Assembly (NCBI GenBank): GCA_028534125.1
Contig: CM052816.1
Location: forward strand, 36,458,001-36,522,000
Direction: 5' to 3'
Origin: Lama glama
Lineage: Eukaryota
DNA: 64,000 nt
Made by a program: the position numbers and the translations under genes. The notes under the pieces were generated by a model, which saw only the letters and a program-made list of their open reading frames with translations, was not told the origin of the DNA and did no database searches. Below, in pieces: positions 63,731 through 64,000 of the stretch. Every line of letters begins with the position of its first letter. Within the stretch, counting starts at the first letter, position 1.

Positions 63731-64000
63731 TACAATTTCATGTTCATTCATTTAGGTAATAGTTTCCCTATATTTCACACTTAACAATTTTCTTTCAGAC
63801 TTAAAATATATAATATTCATACAGTAAATAGGATTCTCTCTAAAACAGAAAAAAAAAATCTCGTTTCTTTGCTATTAAAAAATACTCAAAGTAACCACTA
63901 TGAAAAACTCCAATACATGAGGTTTATCAAACTGAACTTCTGGACCTCCTATGAATCTATGCACAGTTAAATAAGAAAATAACAAATGACAGATCGCAGA

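Noticed and set aside
1..64000. A novel multi-gene system, or the identity of a host gene
   Set aside because: No intact coding exons, CpG island or foreign-composition insert was seen; the locus cannot be named without an alignment.

Overview
AT-rich, CpG-poor mammalian genomic DNA with no recognisable protein-coding gene, so either intergenic or deep within a long intron. A tRNA-derived SINE matching the camelid Vic-1 family (40315-40450) and cetartiodactyl-type L1 3' ends point to a camelid (Camelus/Vicugna/Lama). The window is dominated by decayed transposable elements: several LINE-1 copies (a 4-kb minus-strand copy with an intact 12-bp TSD, a 5.3-kb copy with 5'UTR/ORF1/ORF2 relics, older L1MA/L1MC-like copies), MaLR (MLT1) and ERVL-type solo LTRs, MIR, L2 and CR1/L3 relics, and Tigger and hAT MITEs. 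ORFs in the supplied track with recognisable protein similarity are broken L1 fragments; the rest look like noise. I found no convincing new biological system. The most interesting items are local: two inverted duplications around (TA)n tracts, a CpG-retaining candidate exon/small ORF at about 37.8-38.0 kb, an apparent young/old L1 chimera, a 120-bp-period duplication carrying a perfect hairpin, and repeat-free candidate regulatory blocks. Repeat family names are from visual recall of consensus sequences, not a database search. Boundaries are approximate unless a TSD is given.
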